Part shown: in pieces, positions 8,435-18,312 of the stretch
Layout: every line of letters begins with the position of its first letter
Position numbering within the stretch: the stretch's first letter is position 1
Assembly: GCA_965213625.1 (NCBI GenBank)
Contig: CBDBZU010000004.1
Coordinates: 2,752,001 to 2,816,000 of the forward strand
Source: a bacterium
GTDB taxonomy: Bacteria > UBA8248
Reading direction: 5' to 3'
Length of the DNA: 64,000 nt
The notes under the pieces: model-generated
Told to the model about the DNA's origin: nothing
Databases searched by the model: none
Seen by the model: only the letters and a program-made list of their open reading frames with translations
Program-made: the position numbers and the translations under genes

Positions 8435-10570
8435 ATGAGTGCGAGAGAGCACAGGACGTATACGATCAAGCGGCCCGCGCCTTCTCCCGCGCGGCGCAAG
8501 GCGTATGAAGAGAAGCTCAACCCCCAGCAACTGGAGGTCGTGATGGCGGGCGGGGGCCCGCTTCTCGTCATCGCGGGGGCGGGCAGCGGCAAGACGCACA
8601 CCATCACCTACCGCCTCGCGCGTCTCGTGGAAGACGGCGTCGCGCCCGAATCCATCCTACTCGTCACATTTACGAACAAGGCGGCGCGCGAGATGCTCCA
8701 CCGGGCCGCCTCCCTCATCCAGACGGACGCGCGGCGCGTGTGGGGCGGCACGTTCCACCACGTGGGGAATCTGATACTGAGGCGTTACGGGAGCCTCATG
8801 GGGTATGAGCCGAATTTCACCATCCTGGATCGCGAGGACGCAGCCGATCTGGTGACGGAGTGCATCCGCCTCGCGGGGTTTGACCCGAAGGAGAAGTATT
8901 TCCCGAGAGGCCGCGTGCTGGAGTCGATTTTCGCCCTCGCCGCCGATACCGACCGCAGCGTTTCTGAAACTGTTCTGGGCCGGTATTCTTACCTGGCGGA
9001 CCGCCTGGGCGAAATAGAGAAAATCGCCGACCATTACGAGAAGCGCAAGAAAGAGATTCAGGCGGTTGATTTCTCGGGCCTCCTCTCCCTTACGCGGAAC
9101 CTGCTCGCAGAGCACGAGGAGGTGCGCAGGGAGCTCCAGGCGCGCTTCCGCTATATCCTCGTGGATGAGTACCAGGACACGAACAAGGTGCAGGCCGACC
9201 TGGTGGACCACCTCGCCGGAGAGCAGAAAAACGTCACCGTGGTGGGAGATGACGCGCAGAGCATCTACAGCTTCAGAGGCGCTCATTTCGAGAACATCAT
9301 CACATTTCCAGAGCGATACCCCGACGCCAGGCTATTCCGCCTGGAGGAGAACTACAGGAGTACGGCTTCCATCCTCGCGCTCGCCAACGTCTCCATCTCC
9401 CACAACAAGCGCCAGTTCAAGAAAAACCTGAAATCCACGCGCGGCGAGGGGATGAAGCCCGCCCTCGTGGCCGCGCGCGACGCCATGCAGCAGGCGGACT
9501 TCGTGGTCGACCGCACGCTGGCGCTGCGCGATGAGGAGGACGTGCCGCTCTCCCAGATCGCGGTGCTCTACCGGGCGCACTACCACTCGATGGAACTCCA
9601 GATGGAGCTCACACGCCGGGGCATTCCCTTCGAGATCAGAAGCGGGCTGCGCTTTTTCGAGCAGCGCCACATCAAGGACGTCACGGCGTTTCTCCGGCTG
9701 GTGAGCTCCCCGTCGGACGAGTTGGCCTGGAAGCGCGCGCTCAAGCTCCTGCCCGGCGTGGGGGACGTGACGGCGCACCGGGTGTGGGAGCAGGTAAAAA
9801 TGTATGAGGAGCCCTTCTCTTTTCTCGAGAGCGGCGAAGTGGGTTCCGTCCCCGGGAAAGCGCGCAAAGGTTTTGATGTTTTCAGTAAGCTGGTCTTCGA
9901 ACTCACAGGCGCGCCGCGCGCGGTCAAGGGCGTTGAGCAGTCCGCCCTCCCGCCGACGGAGATGATAAACCTCGTGCTGGATCGGTTTTATCAGGAATAC
10001 GTCGAGAACACCTTTGAAGATGCCGAAGCGCGCATCGAGGATGTGCGCCAGCTCGCGGAATACGCGGTGCAGTACGATGAGGCGACGGCGTTTCTCTCCG
10101 AACTCGCGCTCATGGGAACGGCCGCCGCGGCAGGTCCCGCGACCCCGGACGATCAAGACGAGCCGGATGAGTCGATGGTCCTGACATCGGTTCATCAGGC
10201 GAAGGGGCTGGAGTGGAAGGTGGTGTTCCTCCTCTGGCTCACCGATACCCGTTTTCCCTCGACGCGGTCGCTGGCGGACCCCGAAGGAGAGGAGGAGGAG
10301 CGGCGGCTTTTCTACGTCGCCCTCACGCGGGCGAAGGACGAACTCTACATGTGCCAGCCCATGCTCGAGAGCGAGGCGTGGAAGATGGGGGCGTTCTCCA
10401 GGCTTTCAAGATACGTGGAAGAACTGCCCGAAGAACTGTATGAGCGCTGGCTGCTGGAAGAGGAGGCGATAGAGACCCCGCAGGATGAAGAGGCCCCGGA
10501 GCCTGCATCTCGTCTCGCCGACCCTGATGAGCCCGACGGCCTGCGATATGAATATGACGAGGACGCATGA
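8435..10570 (+). CDS. UvrD/PcrA/Rep family ATP-dependent DNA helicase
   Basis: AGAGSGKT, TFTNKAAREM, DEYQDTN, VGDDAQSIYSFRGA, NYRS, HQAKGLEW, EERRLFYVALTRAK. Confidence 0.96.
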   Translation: MSAREHRTYTIKRPAPSPARRKAYEEKLNPQQLEVVMAGGGPLLVIAGAGSGKTHTITYRLARLVEDGVAPESILLVTFTNKAAREMLHRAASLIQTDARRVWGGTFHHVGNLILRRYGSLMGYEPNFTILDREDAADLVTECIRLAGFDPKEKYFPRGRVLESIFALAADTDRSVSETVLGRYSYLADRLGEIEKIADHYEKRKKEIQAVDFSGLLSLTRNLLAEHEEVRRELQARFRYILVDEYQDTNKVQADLVDHLAGEQKNVTVVGDDAQSIYSFRGAHFENIITFPERYPDARLFRLEENYRSTASILALANVSISHNKRQFKKNLKSTRGEGMKPALVAARDAMQQADFVVDRTLALRDEEDVPLSQIAVLYRAHYHSMELQMELTRRGIPFEIRSGLRFFEQRHIKDVTAFLRLVSSPSDELAWKRALKLLPGVGDVTAHRVWEQVKMYEEPFSFLESGEVGSVPGKARKGFDVFSKLVFELTGAPRAVKGVEQSALPPTEMINLVLDRFYQEYVENTFEDAEARIEDVRQLAEYAVQYDEATAFLSELALMGTAAAAGPATPDDQDEPDESMVLTSVHQAKGLEWKVVFLLWLTDTRFPSTRSLADPEGEEEERRLFYVALTRAKDELYMCQPMLESEAWKMGAFSRLSRYVEELPEELYERWLLEEEAIETPQDEEAPEPASRLADPDEPDGLRYEYDEDA

Positions 10571-10743
10571 GCGCTTGTTCGCCGCCGCCCCTTCGCGCTA
10601 TGATTTTCGCCCGATTCCCAGAGGGAATGAGTAGTTTTCGAGCGGCCTTTCTCGTTAGGCTTCATACCGGGTCGTTGTTCGTCATCATAGGCCAAGGAAT
10701 AAAATTCGTGTCATTCGCAGTTATAAATGGAGGATTGAAGTTC

Positions 10744-11550
10744 GTGTCCGAGGATAAGAAATACGCACCGGGGAGTTTCTGCTGGGCCGATCTGGTGGCG
10801 AAGGAGGTGGGCGTCGCCAAGGATTTCTATACGTCCCTGTTCGGCTGGACGTATGAGGATCGGCCCGTGATGGACGAGGCGGTTTACACCATGTTTTCAA
10901 AAGACGGAAAACAGACCTGCGCCATGTTCGAGATGTTTCCAGGAATGCTGGAGAGCGGCCATCCCTCTTTCTGGCAGAGCTACGTGTCGGTGGAAAACGC
11001 CGATGAGACGGTGAAGAAGGCGGTGGAACTCGGCGGCCAAGCCGCCCAGGAGCCGTGCGACGTGCTCGACGTGGGCCGCATGGCGATGATTCGCGACCCG
11101 GGGGAGGCGTTCCTGTGTATTTGGCAGCCGAAGGCGCACAAGGGCGCGGATATCATGAACGAGCCGGGCGCGCTCAACTGGAATGAACTACTTACGAAAG
11201 ACGTAGAACGCGCCGGTTCGTTTTACGCCGAACTGTTCGGCTGGACGAGCACAGTGATGCCCGACCCCGCGGGCGGGGACTACACGGTGTTCATGAGCGG
11301 CGAGGAGCCGCGCGCCGGGATGATCGAACTCCAGCCCGAGATGGGCGAGATGCCCCCGCACTGGGGGGTATATTTTCAGGTGGAAAATTTTGACGCCGCG
11401 CTCGAAAAGGCAATCAGCCTGGGCGGGCAGGGCACTTTCCCCCCGATCGATGTTCCCGACGTGGGGAGAATCGGCGGAATCATGGACCCGCAGGGAGCGT
11501 GCTTCACGGCGATGGAATCTGCGATGGCGTCGGCGGATTCATGCCAGTGA
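10744..11550 (+). CDS. VOC/glyoxalase family protein (two domains)
   Basis: PGSFCWADL and PGALNWNEL repeats, FYxxLFGW twice; GTG start with GGAGG RBS. Confidence 0.9.
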   Translation: MSEDKKYAPGSFCWADLVAKEVGVAKDFYTSLFGWTYEDRPVMDEAVYTMFSKDGKQTCAMFEMFPGMLESGHPSFWQSYVSVENADETVKKAVELGGQAAQEPCDVLDVGRMAMIRDPGEAFLCIWQPKAHKGADIMNEPGALNWNELLTKDVERAGSFYAELFGWTSTVMPDPAGGDYTVFMSGEEPRAGMIELQPEMGEMPPHWGVYFQVENFDAALEKAISLGGQGTFPPIDVPDVGRIGGIMDPQGACFTAMESAMASADSCQ

Positions 11551-11633
11551 TTTTTATGGCCATAAATACGCTCGCCATCGACTGCGCGCGAGGGCGTGCT
11601 CATCGGCTTACAACTACAGGAGTATGAAAACGT

Positions 11634-12278
11634 ATGAACTATAAAACCATCGACCCCGCCGACAACCACTGGCGGCAGAACTACCGCCTGCTCGTCGGCT
11701 CCGTCGTGCCGAGGCCCATCGCCTGGGTGAGCACCATCAGCGTGGACGGCCACGCGAACCTGGCGCCCTTCAGCTTCTTCACCTGCGTGGGCCACGACCC
11801 GCCCCTGCTCTCGATATCGGTGGGCGTGCGCGAGAGTTCCTACAAGGATACGGCGCGCAACATCATGGAGACGCAGGGCTACGTCATCCACACTGTGGTG
11901 GACGGCCTCGAGGAGCAGATGAACATCTGCGCGGACGACTATCCCTTCGAGGTGAACGAGTTCGAGGAAGCGGGCTTGACGCCGCTCGATTCCGATCTCG
12001 TAAAGGCGCCGCGCATCGCCGAAGCCCCCGTGGCGATGGAGTGCCAGTTCCGCCACCTCATCACGAACGGGCGCGAGCACCTGACGAACGTCATCATCGG
12101 CGAGGTGGTGCGCTGGCACGTGCGCGAGGACGTGATGATAGAGGAGGGGAAATACATCGACCCCGTGCTGCTCCGGCCCGTTGGCAGGCTCGCGGGGAAC
12201 GGATACTGCCGCTCGCACGATGTGTTCGACATGCAGCGGCCCGACAGGAAAACGACGCAGTTCAGCCCCAAGGGCTGA
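11634..12278 (+). CDS. Flavin reductase family protein
   Basis: VVPRPIAWVST, NLAPFSFF, KDTARNI, PVGRLAG. Confidence 0.92.
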   Translation: MNYKTIDPADNHWRQNYRLLVGSVVPRPIAWVSTISVDGHANLAPFSFFTCVGHDPPLLSISVGVRESSYKDTARNIMETQGYVIHTVVDGLEEQMNICADDYPFEVNEFEEAGLTPLDSDLVKAPRIAEAPVAMECQFRHLITNGREHLTNVIIGEVVRWHVREDVMIEEGKYIDPVLLRPVGRLAGNGYCRSHDVFDMQRPDRKTTQFSPKG

Positions 12279-12329
12279 GCCGGAATCATATCCATAATAA
12301 AATCCTCTTAAGCGAAGGAGGGGAGTGAG

Positions 12330-13400
12330 ATGAGCGATATCCCGGAAACCATGAAGGCCGCCGTCACGCATGACGCGCACGAGGTGCGCATCGAGCAGAT
12401 TCCCGTTCCCGATTACGAACCCGACCAGGTGCTGGTGAAGGTCGCCGCCTGCGGCATCTGCGGCACGGACATCCATATCTATGAGGGGCACATGCGCCCC
12501 ATGTGGCCGCCCTTTTATCCCTTCATCCAGGGCCACGAGTGGGCCGGGGAAGTAGCCGCCATCGGAAGCAGTGCGAAGACCTCTCTCCAGGTGGGCGACC
12601 GCGTCATCATGGAGCCGACGGTCGGCTGCGGTACATGCGTCACTTGCATCCGGGGCGACTACCACATCTGCGAGAACGCCGCGAAGCCCGACGGCGGCTA
12701 CAAGCTGCTGGGCCATACGGCGAACGGCGCTTTCAGCGAATACGGCCTGGCGCCGCCGAACAACCTCCACAAGATGCCCGAATCCATGAAGTGGGAGGAC
12801 GCGGTGATCGTGAACCAGGTGGTCATCGCGCTCCACGCCATCGATCGCGCGGGCATCGAACCGGCCGATACCGTGGCGATTCTGGGCCCCGGCCTGCTGG
12901 GCCTCGCCGTGCTCCAGCTCGTGAAGATGATGGGCGCTTCCAAAACCTTCATCACCGGGCGCGGCTACCGGCTGGGAATCGCGGAGGAACTGGGGGCCGA
13001 CCGCACCATCGACATCACGAAAGAAGACCCCGTAGAGGTCGTGAAGCAGGAGACCGACGGACGCGGGGTGGACCTCGTCATCGAGTGCGCCGGCCCGCCC
13101 GAGACGATGCGCCAGGCGGTGGATATGGCCCGGCGCGGCGGACGCGTGGTTTTAGAGGGCATCAACGGCGGCCAGGAGGTGTCCTTGAACACCGACCGCA
13201 TCGTGCTCGACGAGATAGCCATATTCGGCGGGCGCGGCTCACCCAACTGCTACCCGAGGGCCATCCAGATCATCGCCGACGGCCACATCGCCACTGACAA
13301 GATGCTCACGCACTCGTTCGCGCTCGATGAGTTCAACGAAGCGATGCGCATGTTCAAGGCGCGAGAAGACGGCGTGATGCGCGTGATGCTGACGCCCTAA
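12330..13400 (+). CDS. Zinc-dependent alcohol dehydrogenase (MDR family)
   Basis: CGICGTD, GHEWAG, CGTCVTC...C, GPGLLG. Confidence 0.93.
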   Translation: MSDIPETMKAAVTHDAHEVRIEQIPVPDYEPDQVLVKVAACGICGTDIHIYEGHMRPMWPPFYPFIQGHEWAGEVAAIGSSAKTSLQVGDRVIMEPTVGCGTCVTCIRGDYHICENAAKPDGGYKLLGHTANGAFSEYGLAPPNNLHKMPESMKWEDAVIVNQVVIALHAIDRAGIEPADTVAILGPGLLGLAVLQLVKMMGASKTFITGRGYRLGIAEELGADRTIDITKEDPVEVVKQETDGRGVDLVIECAGPPETMRQAVDMARRGGRVVLEGINGGQEVSLNTDRIVLDEIAIFGGRGSPNCYPRAIQIIADGHIATDKMLTHSFALDEFNEAMRMFKAREDGVMRVMLTP

Positions 13401-13489
13401 GATTTTATCGAGAGGATTGCGCCGCCGCGCAGCGGTGCTTGAGACGCCTGGAGCCGGATTCGGCTTCGGCCACATGAGGGGAGAAATCC

Positions 13490-14539
13490 ATGCCTGAGAA
13501 ACTCCTGCCCACCACCGTCGTGGGCAGCTACACACAGCCGGACTGGCTCATCGACCGCGAGAATCTCAACACGCGCCTTCCTCCGCGCGTGCGAGTGCAG
13601 GAATTGTGGCGCATACCGCCCGAGTATTTAGAGGCCGCGCAGGATGACGCCACCCTCCTCGCGATCCGCGACATGGAACGCGCGGGAATCGACATCATCT
13701 CCGACGGCGAGGCGCGCCGCGAGAGCTATTCGAACCGCGTCTCCACGGCCCTGGGCGGCATCGATACCGAGAACCACGGCTATGCGAAAGACCGCTCGGG
13801 CCGGGACAATCCCGTCCCCCGCGTGATAGGCAAGATCCACCGCGCAAGGCCCATCGAGGTGAGCGACGTGGAGTTTTTGCGCGCCAATACGGACCGGCAA
13901 ATCAAGATCACGCTGCCGGGCCCCTTCACCATGACGCAGCAGGCGCAGGATGACTACTACGGAGGCGACCAGCGCGCGATGGCGCTCGACTACGCCCGCG
14001 CTGTGAACGAGGAGGTGAAGGACATGTTCGCCGCAGGCGCCGACGTGGTGCAGTTAGACGAGCCCTACATGCAGGCGCGCGCGGAGATTGCCAGGGAATT
14101 CGCCCTGGAAGTGCTCGGCGAGGCGTTAAAGGGCGTGGAAGGAACCACGGCTCTCCACATGTGTTTCGGCTACGCGGCCATCCACGCCTGGCAGGGACTG
14201 GGCAAGCCCGACGCATATTCCTTCCTCCCGGAACTCAACGAGAGCGACATCGACCAGATATCCATCGAGGCGGCCCAGCCGGGCATCGACCTCGCCGTGC
14301 TGGAGAAGCTGCCGGACAAGACCATCATCCTGGGCGTCATCGACAACGACGACCCCGGGATCGAAACGCCTGAAACCGTGGCCGCGCGCATCCGGGCGGC
14401 GCTCGATCACATATCGCCCGAGCGTCTCATCCTCGCGCCCGATTGCGGCATGAAATACATGGCCCGCGACGTCGCCTTCGGCAAGCTCAAGTCCATGGCG
14501 GAGGGCGCCGCCATCGTGCGTGAGGAGATCGGGGGGTAG
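13490..14539 (+). CDS. Cobalamin-independent methionine synthase-like protein (single catalytic domain)
   Basis: TTVVGSY, SDGEARR, QLDEP, Zn ligands HMC...E...PDCG. Confidence 0.88.
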   Translation: MPEKLLPTTVVGSYTQPDWLIDRENLNTRLPPRVRVQELWRIPPEYLEAAQDDATLLAIRDMERAGIDIISDGEARRESYSNRVSTALGGIDTENHGYAKDRSGRDNPVPRVIGKIHRARPIEVSDVEFLRANTDRQIKITLPGPFTMTQQAQDDYYGGDQRAMALDYARAVNEEVKDMFAAGADVVQLDEPYMQARAEIAREFALEVLGEALKGVEGTTALHMCFGYAAIHAWQGLGKPDAYSFLPELNESDIDQISIEAAQPGIDLAVLEKLPDKTIILGVIDNDDPGIETPETVAARIRAALDHISPERLILAPDCGMKYMARDVAFGKLKSMAEGAAIVREEIGG

Positions 14540-14620
14540 GGGGAGGTTCCGATGGCTCAGTCTCCCGGTTATGGTATGGTGTTCTCATCATCCGCCCACC
14601 GAAGCGATTCGGATACCCAC

Positions 14621-15484
14621 ATGGCAACAAGAACGAAAGCGCGCGCTCGCAAAGCGAAAAATACCGTCGCCGATGAGAGGCCCGGTCCCCCTCTCAAGTG
14701 GGCGGGTGGCAAGCGGTGGCTCGTCCCGCACATCCGGGCGTATTGGGAAAAGCACAGTGGGCGCCGCCTCGTGGAACCTTTCTGCGGCGGGCTTGCGGTC
14801 GCGCTCGGCCTCGCTCCCGAGAGGGCGCTCCTGAACGACATCAACGCCCCGCTCATGAATTTCTACACCTGGCTCAAGAAGGGTCTTTCTCGAACACGTA
14901 TTGGAATGCGAAACGACGCGGATGTCTACTACGCCCACAGGGAGCGGTTCAATGGGCTGCTCATGAGCGGGAAGGGTAGGCACAAGGAGGCGGCGGAGCT
15001 TTTCTACTATCTCAATCGCACGGGTTATAACGGGCTTTGCCGCTTCAACAGCAAGGGCGAGTTCAACGTCCCCTTCGGGCGATACAAGACGATAAACTAC
15101 ACAAAAAATTTCGGGGCCTACCGCGAGATATTCGAGGGCTGGGGGTTTTGCTGCCAGGATTTCGAGACGCTACCCATCGCGCCCGATGATTTCATCTACG
15201 CGGATCCACCTTATGACGTCGAGTTCACAAAATACTCTAAAGATGATTTCTCCTGGGAGGATCAGGTGCGGCTGGCGGAATTTCTGAGCGCGCACGAAGG
15301 CCCGATCGTCCTCTCGAACCAGGCGACGGAGAGAATCGTGGCGCTTTATGAGAAAAACGGTTTCACCCTCTCGTTCCTCGAAGGTCCGCGCCGTATCAGT
15401 TGCACGGGCGACCGCTCCCCCGCGCGTGAGGTGCTTGCGGTGCGGGGGGTGGAGAATCAGCGCGGGGTAAGTTGCGCCGCGTGA
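14621..15484 (+). CDS. dam: Dam-family (D12 class) N6-adenine DNA methyltransferase
   Basis: LKWAGGK, EPFCGG, YLNRTGYNGLCRFN, FNVPFG, DPPY. Target specificity not proven. Confidence 0.9.
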   Translation: MATRTKARARKAKNTVADERPGPPLKWAGGKRWLVPHIRAYWEKHSGRRLVEPFCGGLAVALGLAPERALLNDINAPLMNFYTWLKKGLSRTRIGMRNDADVYYAHRERFNGLLMSGKGRHKEAAELFYYLNRTGYNGLCRFNSKGEFNVPFGRYKTINYTKNFGAYREIFEGWGFCCQDFETLPIAPDDFIYADPPYDVEFTKYSKDDFSWEDQVRLAEFLSAHEGPIVLSNQATERIVALYEKNGFTLSFLEGPRRISCTGDRSPAREVLAVRGVENQRGVSCAA

Positions 15485-15492
15485 GGGGAACT

Positions 15493-15672
15493 ATGAGACA
15501 AGTCGTCATCAAGCCCGGAGAGGATGGCTTCTGGGTCGCCGAGTGTCCGAGCCTGCCCGGCTGCATCAGCCAGGGCCAATCCAAAAAAGAAGCGATGGAA
15601 AATATTCGGGAAGCGATTGATGGCTATATCGAAGTTTTGGAGGAAGAGGGCGATCCGATACCTCGGGCATAG
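15493..15672 (+). CDS. HicB-family antitoxin (short, no adjacent HicA)
   Basis: EDGFWVAECPSLPGCISQGQSKKEAMENIREAI; GAGG RBS. Confidence 0.85.
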   Translation: MRQVVIKPGEDGFWVAECPSLPGCISQGQSKKEAMENIREAIDGYIEVLEEEGDPIPRA

Positions 15673-15710
15673 TTCTCCCTAGTTGAGCAGGGGCGCTTTG
15701 CAGACCCATG

Positions 15711-15899
15711 AGCGCCCTGTGATGCAAACGCTCCTTTCTCAGTCGCGTTTGACCTTCGGCGGCTACTCAGGGTGAGGAAGATATGGCGGCTGTTCAGGGT
15801 GAGGGCGATACAGCAGCGAGGCGAGGCGAGGGGGCATCCTTCGATACACGGCTTCGCCGCTACTCAGGATGAGGCGGAGAGGGGTTTATCAATAACCCC
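15711..15899. repeat. Palindromic repeat element (CCTCA[C/T]CCTGAGTAG...TCGAAGG family), copy 1
   Basis: 15711-15777 matches the reverse complement of 51181-51247 (63/67 by eye); second related unit at 15835-15874; TIR-like end at 15881-15899. Confidence 0.8.
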
Positions 15900-15942
15900 A
15901 TATACGCCCCCAGCAATCCTTTTCAATTGGATGTGTTTCCCC

Positions 15943-16605
15943 CTACTCACCACCCTCCTGAAACGCGATGCGCTCGCCGGGGGGTTCCACGACGAGGTGT
16001 AAGGCCTCGGCCACGCGGCCCGTCAGGTTCCAGAGACCGCATATGAGGGTCAGCGAGACGAGTTGTTCGGTGGAGAAATGTTTCTGCATGGCCTCGAACG
16101 CCGCGTCGTTATTCTTGGCCGTCAGGTTCGTGACTTCCTCCGCCCAGTCGATGGCGGCTTTTTCCTTCTCGCTAAAGAGGTCGCTGTCCCGCCAGCCGTC
16201 GCCCTCCAGTAAATTGATTTTCTCCTGTTCGATGCCATGAGCCCGACCGAGCTCGACGTTGTGCCCGAGTCAGTTGTTGCACTCGGTCAGGATGGCCGTC
16301 TTGATGATGACGAGCTGGGCCATGTGGATGTATTCGGGGTCGGAGTCGCGGTGCTGGACGCGGAGTTTTCCGTCCATAATCTGCCAGCCCTCGACGAAGC
16401 CGGGCGCCCAGCCGAGCAGGCGCAAAAAGCGCGACACTTTGCCCCAGCGCTTCACGCCGCGCTCATATAGGGGCGCGAGTTCTTCGGCCAGGTGTTCGGG
16501 GATGTTGTCCGGATCGATCATAGGCACGCGGGGGAGGGGGCAGGCCATCATCTCCTCGGTGACGCCCATATCCTGAGAGAGGCCGGTGGCTTCGTTTATC
16601 GGCAT
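15943..16605 (-). CDS. AhpD/carboxymuconolactone decarboxylase-like selenoprotein (CxxU, U112)
   Basis: In-frame TGA at 16272-16270 in TECNN*LGH; the frame continues 108 codons (FSEKEKAAIDWAEEVT...HFSTEQLVSLTL...NLTGRVAEAL) to TAG; SECIS-like hairpin follows the TGA. Confidence 0.85.
16234..16257 (-). promoter_or_regulatory. Putative bacterial SECIS hairpin of the AhpD-like gene
   Basis: GUC-GAGCUC-[GGUC]-GGGCUC-AU-GGC; the loop G is nt 22 after UGA. Confidence 0.7.
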
Positions 16606-16679
16606 AGCGGAATCCCTTTCTGGTGATGCGTGAACGGATGAGAGTGAGGGCGCATTCTCGCGTACTGAGAGGGTTAGGA

Positions 16680-17087
16680 TCAATTCTCTTTATTGTACTC
16701 CATGCCTTCCAAGCGCCGCCGAACTTCTTCAAGCAATGCTTCCACGCGCTTTACAGCAACCTCTCGATCAAGCGGCATTGCGGAAATGTCGCTTGCACCG
16801 TAGCGAAATTGAACGGCGTAGGAGGTATATTCCACAAATTCTTCGAGACGTGCGGCCTCTATGTCTTCTTTTTTCATCATATTCATCAGTCGCGCTAAGT
16901 CATGCGTGGCGGGATATGTTCGTCCAAGAATAGCTAGTAATGCCTTGAGTAATTTCTCCACCGCCTGTTGCACATGAAAGCCGAATATTTCGTCGGCGAA
17001 AATCGTTGTGTCTTCCATGCCGCGGAGGGCGGAATAATCCCGCTCCGCCGCCTCAAGAAGCACGCGAGCCTGCTTAATGTCGCTCAT
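16680..17087 (-). CDS. HEPN domain protein
   Basis: FHVQQAVEKLLKA, THDLARL, QFRY; ATG at 17087 overlaps the 3' end of the MNT gene. Confidence 0.88.
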   Translation of the reverse strand: MSDIKQARVLLEAAERDYSALRGMEDTTIFADEIFGFHVQQAVEKLLKALLAILGRTYPATHDLARLMNMMKKEDIEAARLEEFVEYTSYAVQFRYGASDISAMPLDREVAVKRVEALLEEVRRRLEGMEYNKEN

Positions 17088-17409
17088 AGAGCACTTCGCC
17101 TTCGCGCAGGGCGCGCGCCAGGACATGGTTGAGGGAATCACGCCAGTATTCCACCTCGTCGCGGCTGAAGAGCAGAATGTCCTTGGAAACGTCAAAATCC
17201 GCCAGCGCGCGCCATAGGCGAGTGGTTTCGGCGCGCCTGTCCCGGTTTTTCCCGAAAGGCGCCGCTTCCACAACCACGAAATCCACGTCGGAGTCCGCCG
17301 CCGCATCGCCACGCGCGCGAGAGCCGAAGAGGATCACCTGCTCGGGATCGACTTCGTCCACGATGGTATTCACCATCTTTTTGAGTAGCGCGTCGTCGAC
17401 TTGCGTCAT
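17074..17409 (-). CDS. Minimal nucleotidyltransferase (MNT), partner of HEPN
   Basis: VILFGSRARGDAAADSDVDFVVV; AGGAG RBS. Confidence 0.92.
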   Translation of the reverse strand: MTQVDDALLKKMVNTIVDEVDPEQVILFGSRARGDAAADSDVDFVVVEAAPFGKNRDRRAETTRLWRALADFDVSKDILLFSRDEVEYWRDSLNHVLARALREGEVLYERH

Positions 17410-17539
17410 GGTTCGGGACTCCTTTCATGCCAACTGGCCGCAAACTTACATTGCGTCATTATAAGCGCGGGTGGAAGCCGCGTCATCATGTCATGGTTGC
17501 AGTTGGAATAACCCGGATACCAGAATAAAGTTGTCGACC

Positions 17540-17658
17540 GTAGGGGCGAACCCAAGTGTCCGCCCACATTGGGGTAACCATGAAGTCTGAGGACGAATAC
17601 AGGTGGGTGTGGCCTTTACGTTTGTGGTCTCTGGGCGAACACACAGGTTCGCCCCTAC
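17540..17658. repeat. Inverted pair of GTAG-type REP palindromes (REPIN-like)
   Basis: GTAGGGGCGAACCCAAGTGTCCGCCC (17540-17565) and GGGCGAACACACAGGTTCGCCCCTAC (17633-17658). Confidence 0.85.
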
Positions 17659-17683
17659 AAGTGCGTTATCCTTTCACGCCTGC

Positions 17684-18025
17684 TCAACCGTCCTTCGCTT
17701 CGCTCACGCTCCTTGCGTAGGGGAGGTAGTGGCAGGAGAGGCAGCCGTCGGCGTTCGAGGACTGAATGCGCTTGATATGCTTTGACATCATCCCCCGTTT
17801 GCGTAGGTAGTCTTTCCAGGTCAGCTCCGGCCTGCCGACAACATCGAGAGAGTTGAAGCTCGCCGTGAGGGTCTTGTGACGGAGCGTCGCTAAATCTTGA
17901 TTCGTCAACCTATTGGCCTGCGCCTCGCCGATAGCGGTCATGGCGCCATCAGCGGCCGGGAAGAGGGATCCGGATGCAAGCCATGTAAGGATGAGGAAGC
18001 TTCCGAGGAGAAAGAGTTTTTTCAT
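17684..18025 (-). CDS. Small secreted protein with C-terminal CxxCH
   Basis: GGAGG RBS; signal peptide MKKLFLLGSFLILTWLASG; GCLSCHY near the C-terminus. Confidence 0.6.
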   Translation of the reverse strand: MKKLFLLGSFLILTWLASGSLFPAADGAMTAIGEAQANRLTNQDLATLRHKTLTASFNSLDVVGRPELTWKDYLRKRGMMSKHIKRIQSSNADGCLSCHYLPYARSVSEAKDG

Positions 18026-18312
18026 GGCGTGTCCTCCGCATCAGCGGCCGTCTACGCCATGTCTCGTCAGCGGCCAGGAGTAAACGACCGCCTATGTGAT
18101 TCAATATGGTTCCCGCCGCTAAGTCGCGCAAGTGGGATTGACGAATCTCTCTCATGAGGACAGGTCGCGGCCTCGAACAGGCACGGGGGCCTTTCCGCTA
18201 CGCCCTTCTCGCAAATTTTCTTGGTCGCTCTTGGGGCGGTTCGTGAACTGTAGACGGACGTGCAAGTGTAGGCTTACACCCTGTAGGATGCGTACGAGGA
18301 GGCGACGATAGA

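Noticed and set aside
11376-12836. Long alternative ORFs (also 5127-6719, 44554-45837, 52168-53292, 56364-57635)
   Set aside because: Antisense or off-frame shadows of well-supported genes in GC-rich DNA; no recognisable motifs.
15943-16605. Nonsense pseudogene interpretation of the two TGA-interrupted genes (also 41096-41728)
   Set aside because: Both TGAs fall on redox-motif Cys positions, both frames are otherwise intact, and both carry identically spaced hairpins.
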